A DNA stretch of 60,188 nucleotides from an uncultured virus (IMG/VR IMGVR_UViG_3300042569_001770) (Duplodnaviria; Heunggongvirae; Uroviricota; Caudoviricetes): IMG/VR virus record IMGVR_UViG_3300042569_001770; one strand, written 5' to 3'. Numbering within the stretch: position 1 is the first letter of the stretch; every line of letters begins with the position of its first letter. Under the pieces are notes generated by a model that saw only the letters and a list, made by a program, of their open reading frames with translations, had not been told where the DNA came from and ran no database searches. Shown here in pieces: positions 30,977-40,387 of this stretch. Made by a program: the position numbers and the translations under genes.

Positions 30977-32071
30977 TTAAAAACGAATGCAATAAAGAAG
31001 TGCTATGTTTTTTGGACGGGTTTCTGTACCGCCAATATAATTTGTATTATTTGGGGTAGATCCTCCAGAACTAGATATAGACACAGATCCACCATCTGTT
31101 GCACATCTTCCGCCGTCACCCCTCAAGTCGCATCGTCTACCCAAGTTAAGACTACCAGAAGCCCGCTCATAGTAATCACTAAAGCTATGGCGATGATTGC
31201 CAAAAGCATCTGCTTGCTTTTCTCCAAAATTACCAGAAGCAGTACCGTCTGCATTAGTTCCGTGTCCTCTTACAAAGTACCCTCTCAAATCAGGCACCTG
31301 AAACGTAGTAGAAGAAGGTGCGCCGTATGTTGTGCCTATAGCAGCAAACAAGCTTGCATATGCTCCAGTTCTATTATAGGTTGCACCATTGCAAGCAACA
31401 TACCCAGCGGGTACACTATTTACAGCATACATTATTATAGTACCGGGAGGAACCCCTGGAGGAACAATTCCATTCAAAGCCGTTGTGATAGTGACATCTC
31501 CGCTTAAATCTGTTGATATATTTCCGGTAACATCGCCAATCAATCTAATATTTCTAGCAGCAATTAGTTTAGTTGAGGTGGCTGCATTACCATTTAAAGA
31601 AGCTGTAATAACATTTGCTGCAAAATTTCCGTAATAATCTCTTTTTACTATATAATCTCCGGCATTATCACTACTCATTTTAGAAGCAAGCCCAGCAGGA
31701 GTAACTGCTTTATTTGTAACTGTGCCTGCCCAAGTTTCTTGGTTGTTCGCTGTTTTGAGAGCAGCTATGACAGATATTCTTATAGAATCTGCGGTTTGTG
31801 TTACATTCACATCATCTCCAGCAACTATTCTTCTAAATCTTAAAGATAAAGAAGAAGTATTTCCACCTATTGCCCCCTGATATACTTCGGCTCCACCAGA
31901 TCCCAAATTCGCAGCTACTGTTCTTAAATTATTAATATAAGAAGCATCTATTTTTTTAGTTGCATAATTTTGACTATTTTTTTCTGCAACTAATAACAAA
32001 TCTCCTGATTCCAAATTAGGTACACTAGGAAGATCTGAAATTTTTATTGCTTGATTGATTATAGTTGACAT
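30977..32071 (-). CDS. Tail fibre protein with tail-collar domain
   Basis: PPGTIIMYA...P.GY..CNG....Y.SLFAAIGTTYG...F.VPDLRGYFVRG; ETRPKNIALLYCI. Confidence 0.9.
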   Translation of the reverse strand: MSTIINQAIKISDLPSVPNLESGDLLLVAEKNSQNYATKKIDASYINNLRTVAANLGSGGAEVYQGAIGGNTSSLSLRFRRIVAGDDVNVTQTADSIRISVIAALKTANNQETWAGTVTNKAVTPAGLASKMSSDNAGDYIVKRDYYGNFAANVITASLNGNAATSTKLIAARNIRLIGDVTGNISTDLSGDVTITTALNGIVPPGVPPGTIIMYAVNSVPAGYVACNGATYNRTGAYASLFAAIGTTYGAPSSTTFQVPDLRGYFVRGHGTNADGTASGNFGEKQADAFGNHRHSFSDYYERASGSLNLGRRCDLRGDGGRCATDGGSVSISSSGGSTPNNTNYIGGTETRPKNIALLYCIRF

Positions 32072-32077
32072 ATATTA

Positions 32078-32308
32078 TTAAAGTGTGTATAAAAGACCCT
32101 GCCTTGTATTTTCGGAATTAATGATTCTTGGCCGGTTTACAGCATTTTCTTCTGCGGCTAACATTAATTTTTCTTCGTCTAAATCATTAGGCGCTATTAT
32201 TGAAGGTAATATCTCACAAGCGTCTCTAAGATAAATGGGAAAACTACCAGTATAAGATTTATCTCCGTAAATGTAATTTTCTGCTACGTATATAGAAGGC
32301 GAAGTCAT
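32078..32308 (-). CDS. Hypothetical protein
   Basis: First ORF of minus-strand operon. Confidence 0.55.
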   Translation of the reverse strand: MTSPSIYVAENYIYGDKSYTGSFPIYLRDACEILPSIIAPNDLDEEKLMLAAEENAVNRPRIINSENTRQGLLYTL

Positions 32309-32340
32309 TTGATAATAATTATCCGTAGAAGACTAAATAA

Positions 32341-32348
32341 TATAAATA
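32341..32348 (+). promoter_or_regulatory. T4-type late promoter TATAAATA
   Basis: Exact T4 gp55 consensus just before ATG 32350; the same octamer precedes 33738 and gp13, and TAAATA precedes most structural genes. Confidence 0.7.
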
Positions 32349-32349
32349 A

Positions 32350-33333
32350 ATGAGTAAATTTGAAAAATTATTAAAAGAAGCACTGGCTGATCTTGTAGGC
32401 AGTGCCGCAGCTGGTATAGGAAAAGTAGCCAGTGGTGTAGAACAGGCAGTAAATGTTGCAGCTCAACAAGCTACCGGAGGAGGTTCTCTAGCATCTCTTG
32501 CTAGTGGCTCTTTAGATTTTTTTAAAAAATTTAAGTTTGAATTAAAACCAGTTACTAATCAAACAGCTCTTAAAACCGCAGATGGTAAACAAATAGAACA
32601 AGAAGATCCAGAAACAATAGGAAAAATGGCTAAATTAGGGTTGGTTAATGTTTATACATCCTCAGCAGTTATATTGTCACCGGATCAGGGCATTTCTGTA
32701 AATGGAATTTACGGCAGAACAGTTAATCATACAAAAGATAAAGTGATGGCAGCTTTTAGGAGTCTTTATATATTAAATGCCAACGCAGAACCTACATTTA
32801 TCAACAACACCAACAATTCCAATCGTTTTTGGATTCAATTGACTGGTGCCTCTGATCAATATATAACATCTTCTTATTCACCAGAAGAAGGGGATATCAT
32901 TCAAGAACAACAAGAGCCTACCAAAAAGATTTTACCCAAAAACAATAGAGCTTATACTACTTGGTGTATTTACAAAGGACCGAATGCCGGGTTATTTGAA
33001 ATAACAGAAGGAAGTGCTTTACCCAAATACGGTTTAATAAAAGGCGATCAAAGAGTACAGGATCAAAGAAATAGACAAGAACCCAGTTATGCTTTTAAAT
33101 TAGAAGGAGAATGTGCTCGTTTATTAATGGCCGGCAATAAAACACTTTACCCCAAATGGTATTTCTTAAATGACTATGAATATTCTTTAAACAAAAAGAA
33201 AATAGACTCCAAAGAACCAGAATCAGCATCTCCGCAGGCACCTACTTTATATCAAAAACCGACGCCAGCGCCTGCAACATCCACCCCAGCGCCAGCAACA
33301 CCAGCGCCTGCACCAATTACACCAAATTTTTAA
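32350..33333 (+). CDS. Late protein with capsid-targeting-like leader, candidate internal head protein
   Basis: MSKFEKLLKE leader; late promoter; P/A/T-rich tail. Confidence 0.65.
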   Translation: MSKFEKLLKEALADLVGSAAAGIGKVASGVEQAVNVAAQQATGGGSLASLASGSLDFFKKFKFELKPVTNQTALKTADGKQIEQEDPETIGKMAKLGLVNVYTSSAVILSPDQGISVNGIYGRTVNHTKDKVMAAFRSLYILNANAEPTFINNTNNSNRFWIQLTGASDQYITSSYSPEEGDIIQEQQEPTKKILPKNNRAYTTWCIYKGPNAGLFEITEGSALPKYGLIKGDQRVQDQRNRQEPSYAFKLEGECARLLMAGNKTLYPKWYFLNDYEYSLNKKKIDSKEPESASPQAPTLYQKPTPAPATSTPAPATPAPAPITPNF

Positions 33334-33391
33334 TATATTAAAAATAAATTTGTCGTGAGTTTTCCCTGCTTCTTTTATAATATAAAGAAGT

Positions 33392-33706
33392 ATGAAAATT
33401 AAACACACACACATAGCAGCTATTGCAGGAATTATTTTATTGTCGGGATGCACAACATATCCCAAAAGTTACACATATAGTCCAACAGTCAATGTGAGTG
33501 GAGACAGTGCAGGAGGTGTCACATTGCCCAGCCCATTTGCAAAGAAACCGCAACCAGTATATGAAGCTCCTGTAAGACAAGCGTATTATCAGGAGTACAC
33601 ACCCAGAACCGTACAAGTAGAATATACACATTACAGGGTACCGACATACCCAGATTACCCGCCTTATCGCAGCGGTTCACGCCAAGTATATTATAACGGT
33701 TATTAA
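33392..33706 (+). CDS. Putative lipoprotein
   Basis: Signal peptide with lipobox LLSGC. Confidence 0.7.
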   Translation: MKIKHTHIAAIAGIILLSGCTTYPKSYTYSPTVNVSGDSAGGVTLPSPFAKKPQPVYEAPVRQAYYQEYTPRTVQVEYTHYRVPTYPDYPPYRSGSRQVYYNGY

Positions 33707-33737
33707 AAGGGAAACGTCATGTATAAATATTATATAC

Positions 33738-34721
33738 ATGAAAAGTAAAGATGATTTAATTTTAGAACAATTATACCAAGAAGGAATATTAGATCGTCTT
33801 GGGGGTCAATTCAAAGGAGTCAAAGCCGGTGGTTCTCAAATTTTACAAAATTTAGGTAGAAAAATATATCAAAAAGCTGGAGGTGTGGCAATACCGGCTG
33901 CAGCGCAAACAGCCGGTCAGGCTTATGCCAAAGCTCAACAAAAATCATTATTAGACAGTTTCATTAAAAAGACCAGTAGCGAAATTGAAGATTTTAAAAA
34001 GGATTTACTAGCAATGGGTGTTAGTGGAGATCCGGAAGAAATAAAAAAGACACACCCAGTCATTGCTCAACGCATTAAGCAAGTAGAGTCTCTTTTAAAA
34101 TATTTAAAAAATCCCACATCAGCACCTGCCGCTGAAGCACCTGCCGCTGAAGCACCTGCCGCTGAAGCACCTGCCGCTGAAGCACCTGCCGCTGAAGCAC
34201 CTGCCGCTGAAGCACCTGCCGCTGAAGCACCTGCCGCTGAAGTTGATATTCCTAATGAAACTAGAATAACTGATAAAAGTGGAAATGTATTTGAATATGA
34301 TAAGGGTGACAAAAAATGGTATATTGCTTCTAAGGGTGGCAAAAGTTTAACTCCTATACCCAATGACAGTGAAAAGATTCAAAAAATAATTACCAATGCT
34401 TGGAGTAAAAAAACAGCCACACCTGCTACTGAAGCACCTGCTACTGAAGCACCTGCAACTGAAGCACCTGCAACTGAAGCACCTGCAACAACAGTTCCTA
34501 GTATTTGGTTGAATACCCAACAAGCTAGAGATTATTTAAACATCACTAATAAAGAATTGTGGAATTTAAGCAAATCTGGAAAAATCAAAGCAGTAAAAAG
34601 ACCTAACGGAAATTATAAATTTTCAAGACAAGCACTAGAAAAATATAAAAATAGTTTATCTGTGTCTTCCGAATCTTATAACCCCTTTGCTGATTTTTTA
34701 AAAAAATATAATTTAATATGA
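33738..34721 (+). CDS. Late protein with APAAE linker repeats and C-terminal excisionase-like (HTH_17) domain
   Basis: MKSKDDLILEQLYQE leader; WLNTQQARDYLNI...L......GKIKAVK...YKF. Confidence 0.7.
   Translation: MKSKDDLILEQLYQEGILDRLGGQFKGVKAGGSQILQNLGRKIYQKAGGVAIPAAAQTAGQAYAKAQQKSLLDSFIKKTSSEIEDFKKDLLAMGVSGDPEEIKKTHPVIAQRIKQVESLLKYLKNPTSAPAAEAPAAEAPAAEAPAAEAPAAEAPAAEAPAAEAPAAEVDIPNETRITDKSGNVFEYDKGDKKWYIASKGGKSLTPIPNDSEKIQKIITNAWSKKTATPATEAPATEAPATEAPATEAPATTVPSIWLNTQQARDYLNITNKELWNLSKSGKIKAVKRPNGNYKFSRQALEKYKNSLSVSSESYNPFADFLKKYNLI
34122..34241 (+). repeat. Perfect 15 bp tandem repeat x8 (GCACCTGCCGCTGAA)
   Basis: Counted directly; encodes (APAAE)8. Confidence 0.95.
34419..34490 (+). repeat. 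15 bp tandem repeat, ~5 copies (GCACCTGCWACTGAA)
   Basis: Encodes (APATE)n. Confidence 0.9.
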
Positions 34722-35914
34722 CAAAAGACTTTGACAATTTATCAAGCCTATATGAGAGTGTTTTAATCAAAGAACAACAGGCAAATAGTTTACCTCCAGA
34801 AGTAAAACAAAAAATAGACGCATTTTTAAATTCCGACGAAGGCAAAAAATTTTTATTGTCTATAAATAAAACTGCTTCTCAAATAGATCAGATAGCAAAA
34901 AAAGATCCGAAAGAAGCTTCTCAGTTATCTGAATCTGTAGTAAATGAAGCATTACCGGCACAATGGATATCGAAAGCGGCTGGTTGGAAAAGAGCAATAC
35001 AAGGGCAACGAGTAGGTGATACTGGGGAGAAATTAGATGTTCAATCCCATCAAGTAAATAAACGATTTGAAATTTTACAAAAAAAATTAGGATCTCATTT
35101 AAAAGAATTACAAAGAGATTTGTCTACAACTTCTCAAGCAGACGATACAGTTAAAAAAGAAGTTGATCAAATGGTCGCTTCTTTAGAATCAGAACATTCT
35201 ATTAAACCTACAGAATCCAAATTTCAAGACATAAGACACGGGATAGGTAGAGGAGCAGAATGGGCAGGAAAAGCGGTTGCCCTAGGTGGTATAGGTGCTT
35301 TGTTAGGTGGTGCAGTTTCTTCTTTAGCTGGAGTTGCTGGTATTCCTGCCTTAGCAATAAAAGGTGTAGTTGCCGCTGCTACGCGTAAAGTAGCTACGGA
35401 TTTATTAAAAGGACAAAAACCCGACACAAAACAAGTATTAATACAATCTCTTATGGGCGCAGGTGCTGGTGCAGCTTTTGGATTAGCCGCACCTTTATTG
35501 TCTCAATATGCAAATGAAATTACAGATTATGTCTCCGGGCGTACAGAAGTAAATAATCTTTCTCCAGATTATGCAACTATGGATAAAGAATTTTTAAATA
35601 GCCCAGAAGCTAATTATACTGGTACAGATCAAACACCCGACGTTCCAGGTTCGCCCGATGTTCCTATAGCAGGACCTTCTACAGCTGATATACAAAATTC
35701 CGTTAAAGCAGATTGGCCTAAATTATCCAGAAACGTTTTTGGAAGAGAAGGATTAGAAGGTTCTATTTCCAACCTTTCAAAAAGTGATAATGCGGCTCTA
35801 GAAAAAATAACTCAAGAGGTTAAGGATAAAAATTTAGATTGGTCTAAATTGTCTTTAAAACAAAAAGCAGCCTTATTTGATCCTATAATAAAACAAGTCC
35901 GCTCCGGCAAATAA
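34718..35914 (+). CDS. Protein with glycine-zipper hydrophobic segments, candidate ejected membrane-active protein
   Basis: MTKDFDNLSSLYE leader; ALGGIGALLGGAVSSLAGVAG and LMGAGAGAAFGLA segments. Confidence 0.6.
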   Translation: MTKDFDNLSSLYESVLIKEQQANSLPPEVKQKIDAFLNSDEGKKFLLSINKTASQIDQIAKKDPKEASQLSESVVNEALPAQWISKAAGWKRAIQGQRVGDTGEKLDVQSHQVNKRFEILQKKLGSHLKELQRDLSTTSQADDTVKKEVDQMVASLESEHSIKPTESKFQDIRHGIGRGAEWAGKAVALGGIGALLGGAVSSLAGVAGIPALAIKGVVAAATRKVATDLLKGQKPDTKQVLIQSLMGAGAGAAFGLAAPLLSQYANEITDYVSGRTEVNNLSPDYATMDKEFLNSPEANYTGTDQTPDVPGSPDVPIAGPSTADIQNSVKADWPKLSRNVFGREGLEGSISNLSKSDNAALEKITQEVKDKNLDWSKLSLKQKAALFDPIIKQVRSGK

Positions 35915-35956
35915 TTTAGTAGTTATTCCCAACAATAATATATAGAATTATTGTTG

Positions 35957-36457
35957 ATGAAAATATTATTAATAGCAGCTGCTTTTTTTGCTGGGTTTTT
36001 CTTTTACTCTAACAAAGAGGAAACGTTTGTCGTCAATTATTATTATGACGGCCCATATCAAATAGAAATACAAAATGGATTGATGAGTTGGCACACCGAC
36101 ACGTTTAAATTTAAACGTGTATCAAATATAGAAGAAGCATATTTGATTATATCTCATGTAAACCCATCTTATATATCCAACCCAAAATGGGTAGCGCAGT
36201 TCAACCATGGAAATAAAACTATCTATATCAATAACAAATATGATAGAATTTTAAAGGGGTCTGATTTGTCTGGAGTAGTAGCTCATGAAGCAGGTCACTT
36301 CATAGGGTTGGATCATAATCTAGAGGGAAATTCTATAATGAATAATAAAACCCCTTATGATACTACTCCTTCCTCAAGGGACAAAGAAAGAGCTGCAAAC
36401 CAAATCCGTATCTTATATTACAAAAAATTTATAGATGAGAAGATTTTTTCCAAATAG
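35957..36457 (+). CDS. Secreted/membrane-anchored matrixin-like (M10) metalloprotease
   Basis: HEAGHFIGLDH zinc motif, SIM Met-turn, hydrophobic N-terminus. Confidence 0.85.
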   Translation: MKILLIAAAFFAGFFFYSNKEETFVVNYYYDGPYQIEIQNGLMSWHTDTFKFKRVSNIEEAYLIISHVNPSYISNPKWVAQFNHGNKTIYINNKYDRILKGSDLSGVVAHEAGHFIGLDHNLEGNSIMNNKTPYDTTPSSRDKERAANQIRILYYKKFIDEKIFSK

Positions 36458-36497
36458 AGTTGACTTTTCCCAACAACAAATATATTATATAAACCTT

Positions 36498-37349
36498 ATG
36501 ATTAATACACTCACACTTGAAGAAGCAATCAAACAAGCACCAGCCATCAATGCAGATCGTCCATCTGCTAAAGCATCAAGCAAATATTCATTCATCTCTA
36601 CGCGTTCTGTTTTGGAAAAAGCAATGGAATGCGGATGGTGTATTCGTGAAGCTAAACAATCCCGTGGCGGCATTACAGGACAACACAAAGTTAGTCTCAT
36701 TCACAAATCACAATTGGATTTGGATCTCGATGTGATCGAAGGATTCCCGCAAATGAATATTATTAATAGCCATGATCTAACAAAGAAGTTTTTGCATGTC
36801 ATGGGTTATTTCCGTCAAGTTTGTTCCAATGGATTGATTGCACCCACCGGAATGACTACACAAATCAAAACTGTACATCGTTTTACAAACGATAAATTAG
36901 CAGAGTTTACAGTTGCTCTAGACCAAGCTCAACACGGATTTCAAACCGTTCAAGAATCCATCAACAACCTCAAAGAGCGAGTTCTATCCCAGGAAGAGAA
37001 ACAAGCCCTAGCACGATTTGCTTACTACATCCGCTTTCGTTACCGTATGCAACAACCTCGCAAACTCAATCAAGACGAGTTGCTTCAACCACGTCGCACA
37101 GCAGACGAAGGAAATGATCTCTGGAGAACATTCAATGTCATCCAAGAAAATATTACACTTGGTGGGGGATCTCTTGGAAAGGGTATTACCCAATTTCAAG
37201 ATGATGTTCGATTCAATCAAGAGCTTTGGACGGGTGTCAATGCAGCATTGATCTATCGGGGCAATTCTTTGGATACAGCACTCAAACAATTGTTTCCAAA
37301 GAAGGAACGCCAAAAAGGTTCTTCCACGGATCTTATCTTGCCAGCATAA
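36498..37349 (+). CDS. DUF932/DUF945 family protein
   Basis: NSHD, FRQVCSNG, PRR..D.GNDLWRTFNVIQEN; start moved to the ATG 38 nt after the promoter -35. Confidence 0.8.
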   Translation: MINTLTLEEAIKQAPAINADRPSAKASSKYSFISTRSVLEKAMECGWCIREAKQSRGGITGQHKVSLIHKSQLDLDLDVIEGFPQMNIINSHDLTKKFLHVMGYFRQVCSNGLIAPTGMTTQIKTVHRFTNDKLAEFTVALDQAQHGFQTVQESINNLKERVLSQEEKQALARFAYYIRFRYRMQQPRKLNQDELLQPRRTADEGNDLWRTFNVIQENITLGGGSLGKGITQFQDDVRFNQELWTGVNAALIYRGNSLDTALKQLFPKKERQKGSSTDLILPA

Positions 37350-37395
37350 TTAAGATTGTTTTTCCGCAGATAGTATTATATATTATATAAACAAT

Positions 37396-37659
37396 ATGAA
37401 TACTATCTGTAGATGCTGCAACCACAACATTATCGAACCAGAGCGTTTAGCTATATTGCCGAACACTCTGGTTTGTTCTGTTTGTGCCAAACAGCACAAC
37501 CTCACCAAACCTCGAAAAGGAATTATGGTATTCTCTCATAAGACCGGAGGAGAAATGGAAACTATGACAGAAGATTTTTATAATAAAAACAAAGCCTATT
37601 GGATTCCGAACGGTGCCAGATCGTGTGTCAAGAACTTTAGCCGGAGTGTTTGTGCTTAA
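37396..37659 (+). CDS. TraR/DksA-type C4 zinc-finger protein
   Basis: CRCC...I.PERLAILPNTLVCSVCA. Confidence 0.7.
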   Translation: MNTICRCCNHNIIEPERLAILPNTLVCSVCAKQHNLTKPRKGIMVFSHKTGGEMETMTEDFYNKNKAYWIPNGARSCVKNFSRSVCA

Positions 37660-37662
37660 TAT

Positions 37663-38076
37663 ATGAATAAAATTTCTTGGGAAGAATACGCCCTTCGCAT
37701 TGCTCAAGTAGCCTCTATGCGAAGCGAAGATCGATATAAAAAAGTAGGTGCATGTGCTCTGGATAAAGACAATAGAGTTATAGGTGTAGCTTATAACGGA
37801 TTGGCTTCTAAGAAAGATGTAGATGAATCTTTTTGGGCAGACAGAGATGCTCGTAGACCGTATATGATTCATGCAGAAGCCAATCTCCTTTCTCTCTTTA
37901 AAAGAGGAGAGTGTGTGTTGTTGGCTTGTACCTTGTTGCCTTGCAGTAGTTGTGCCACTATGATTGCGGCCTACGGTATTAAGCGAGTTATATATTCAGA
38001 GATGTATCATCACGACGACAAAGCATTGGATATTTTTAAATTTTACGATATCAGTTGTGAGCAGTATAAAATTTAA
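37663..38076 (+). CDS. dCMP deaminase
   Basis: RSED..KKVGA, AYNG, HAEAN, PCSSC. Confidence 0.9.
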   Translation: MNKISWEEYALRIAQVASMRSEDRYKKVGACALDKDNRVIGVAYNGLASKKDVDESFWADRDARRPYMIHAEANLLSLFKRGECVLLACTLLPCSSCATMIAAYGIKRVIYSEMYHHDDKALDIFKFYDISCEQYKI

Positions 38077-38500
38077 AAGGTTAGAAGAAATAGGAGAATC
38101 TTTAATAGATTATTCTAGTTCCAAAAGATGCCATCACTTTTCTTTTATTTTATACAAAAACCGGATAGTAGCCATAGGATCAAATAATAAAAAAACACAT
38201 CCTACCAATTTAAAAAACCCCAAAATATCAACTAAGACTGGTGAAAATTTTTCAGATCAAAAATTTACTTGTAGTGAGTTCAGTGCCATTTTAAAATTAA
38301 AAAGACTCACCAATATAGATAGTAAAAAATGTACGCTGGTTAATATAAGGTACGATAGAAATAAAAAATTAGCCCTTGCAAAACCGTGTATGAGCTGTGA
38401 TAATCTTTTACGATATTTTTTATTTAAAAAAATATATTCAACAAACAATAAAGGAGAATATGAAGAAATTAGCATCAATAGAAGTTATCAAAAACATTAA
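38057..38500 (+). CDS. Cytidine deaminase-fold protein with variant zinc motif
   Basis: HFSFILYKNRIVAIGSN...THP...CSEFSAI...AKPCMSC; start (GTG 38057) uncertain. Confidence 0.6.
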   Translation: MSSIKFKRLEEIGESLIDYSSSKRCHHFSFILYKNRIVAIGSNNKKTHPTNLKNPKISTKTGENFSDQKFTCSEFSAILKLKRLTNIDSKKCTLVNIRYDRNKKLALAKPCMSCDNLLRYFLFKKIYSTNNKGEYEEISINRSYQKH

Positions 38501-39476
38501 AGAACATCCCAATGCAGACTCTTTGGAAATTGCAGAGGTACTTGGATGGCAAACTGTTGTTAAAAAGGGTATTCACAAAGAAGGAGACAAGGTTGTTTTC
38601 GTTACAATCGACACCATTGTTCCTAGGTATCACTGGTCAGACTTTCTAGCAGATAAGAACAATCCGGACAAACCAATTAGAATCAAAAATATAAAATTGC
38701 GAGGCGAGTATAGTTCGGGATTAGTAATTCCACTTAGTGAATTTTCGTCTTTTGTTTTTAAAGATTATGATGAGAGTACAGATCTCACTGAAATATTGGG
38801 TATTCAAAAATATATCAAAGAAATTCCAGCCAACCTTTCAGGGGAAACATTAGGAGACTTCCCAACTCATTTAGCTTCTAAAACAGATGAGGATAATGGT
38901 TTGAATGATCCGGAATTGGTTAATAAGGTTCTCAATCACGAATCCCATATTACTATTACACAAAAGTTAGATGGAAGTTCTATAACTCTAATTATTGAAA
39001 ACGGAGTACTCTCTCAGGTGTGCACCAGAAACCTTTCTAAGAAAGAAACAGATAATAATACATTCTGGAAAGCAGCAAGGAAACTTACTATTCCTCAAAA
39101 TTGGACAGGCATCATACAAGGTGAATTAGTGGGCAATGGAATCCAACGCAATCAACTTAAACTGGAAGATGTTAAAATTTTTGTATTCCAAATCAATCAA
39201 GACAAAAAATATATGTCCTATGAAGAGATGAAAGATTTTTGTGAAAAAACTTTACATTGTGATGTGGTTCCTTTAATATCTAAATTTGAAGTAGAATCTA
39301 CAATTAAATTGTGGTCAAATCCTTTGCAAAAATTACAAGAGCTAGCAGACAAACAAAAATATCCCAGTGGATTGGACGGTGAGGGAATTGTAGTAAGGCC
39401 ATCATCATACCCAAGAAGCTATGCTTCTCGTCGCCCGTTGGGATTCAAACTTATTAATAGAAATTATAAAGACTGA
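38460..39476 (+). CDS. RNA ligase (DRB0094/Rnl2-type with N-terminal OB-like domain)
   Basis: HPNADSLE, KLRGEYS.G, KTDE, TQKLDGSS, QGELVG.GIQ.N, EGIVVR, FKLIN; AAGGAG before ATG 38460. Confidence 0.9.
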   Translation: MKKLASIEVIKNIKEHPNADSLEIAEVLGWQTVVKKGIHKEGDKVVFVTIDTIVPRYHWSDFLADKNNPDKPIRIKNIKLRGEYSSGLVIPLSEFSSFVFKDYDESTDLTEILGIQKYIKEIPANLSGETLGDFPTHLASKTDEDNGLNDPELVNKVLNHESHITITQKLDGSSITLIIENGVLSQVCTRNLSKKETDNNTFWKAARKLTIPQNWTGIIQGELVGNGIQRNQLKLEDVKIFVFQINQDKKYMSYEEMKDFCEKTLHCDVVPLISKFEVESTIKLWSNPLQKLQELADKQKYPSGLDGEGIVVRPSSYPRSYASRRPLGFKLINRNYKD

Positions 39477-39477
39477 T

Positions 39478-39657
39478 ATGTACAAACTTGAAAGAAGAGA
39501 AAATGAAGGAAATTGGTATGAAGTGATGGTTTCACCCTTTAAAACCAAAGAAGAGATTAAAACCTATTATGCCAAGTATAGTAAATACTATCCCAACACA
39601 AAAACTATGTATAGGGTCACGAACCTAGAAACCACTGGCATGAAAGTTATTCGATAA
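39478..39657 (+). CDS. Hypothetical protein
   Basis: ATG immediately after ligase stop. Confidence 0.55.
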   Translation: MYKLERRENEGNWYEVMVSPFKTKEEIKTYYAKYSKYYPNTKTMYRVTNLETTGMKVIR

Positions 39658-39698
39658 ATATTGTTGCATTTGCCTATAAAAAAATATATTATTAAACA

Positions 39699-39893
39699 AT
39701 GACAAACGCATACACAGAAGCAGCAGAAGTGGGTGAAATGGTTGACCGCTTGAACGCCATGAAGGATACCGCTTTAGATCACTATCACATAAACCCAAAA
39801 GAAAGTGAGAGAATTTTAAAAGCCATTCTTGAGTTGGATAAAGAAGTTGAAGAGTTGATAGGAGAATACGACGAGTTGTTGAAGGCATTATGA
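39699..39893 (+). CDS. Hypothetical protein
   Basis: Own promoter TTGCAT-17-TATTAT, ATG at predicted +1. Confidence 0.65.
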   Translation: MTNAYTEAAEVGEMVDRLNAMKDTALDHYHINPKESERILKAILELDKEVEELIGEYDELLKAL

Positions 39894-40372
39894 GATTTGT
39901 AGAAGTTATATTAGAAAATAGCGGATTGAAAGAAGCAAAACTTTATCCAGCTGCATTAAAAGCTTCTTCAAATCCAGATTCTGGAATTACTATTCAAAAT
40001 AAATCAGCATACCATGTAATCAAAGATTGTGCCAATATTACAACAAAGTATTTGCCTCACTTTGTTTTTGGGGAGTACGCAGACCCTATTAAGGTATTAA
40101 GTGGAAAATTTAAAAAAGTAGACATATCCAATTTTGTACAAGAAGCTGGTAAAAATTATGTATTACAACAACTTTTAATTATTGTATTGGACAAAATTAA
40201 AAAGAGTGGTGTGGTGAATCTTTTGTCTTCTCAATCATCTAAAACATCACCAGTCGTAGAATCTTCTAACCCTTATGGTGAATATGGTCTTGTAACCGAA
40301 ACTGTAATAGAAGAGGTTAAAGATAAATCAGATTTGGATATCCTGTGTGAGGCATTTAAAGTGCAAGCATAA
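39890..40372 (+). CDS. Hypothetical protein with leader MRFVEVILE
   Basis: 160 aa ORF, ATGA overlap with previous gene. Confidence 0.65.
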   Translation: MRFVEVILENSGLKEAKLYPAALKASSNPDSGITIQNKSAYHVIKDCANITTKYLPHFVFGEYADPIKVLSGKFKKVDISNFVQEAGKNYVLQQLLIIVLDKIKKSGVVNLLSSQSSKTSPVVESSNPYGEYGLVTETVIEEVKDKSDLDILCEAFKVQA

Positions 40373-40387
40373 AGAATAAATATATGT

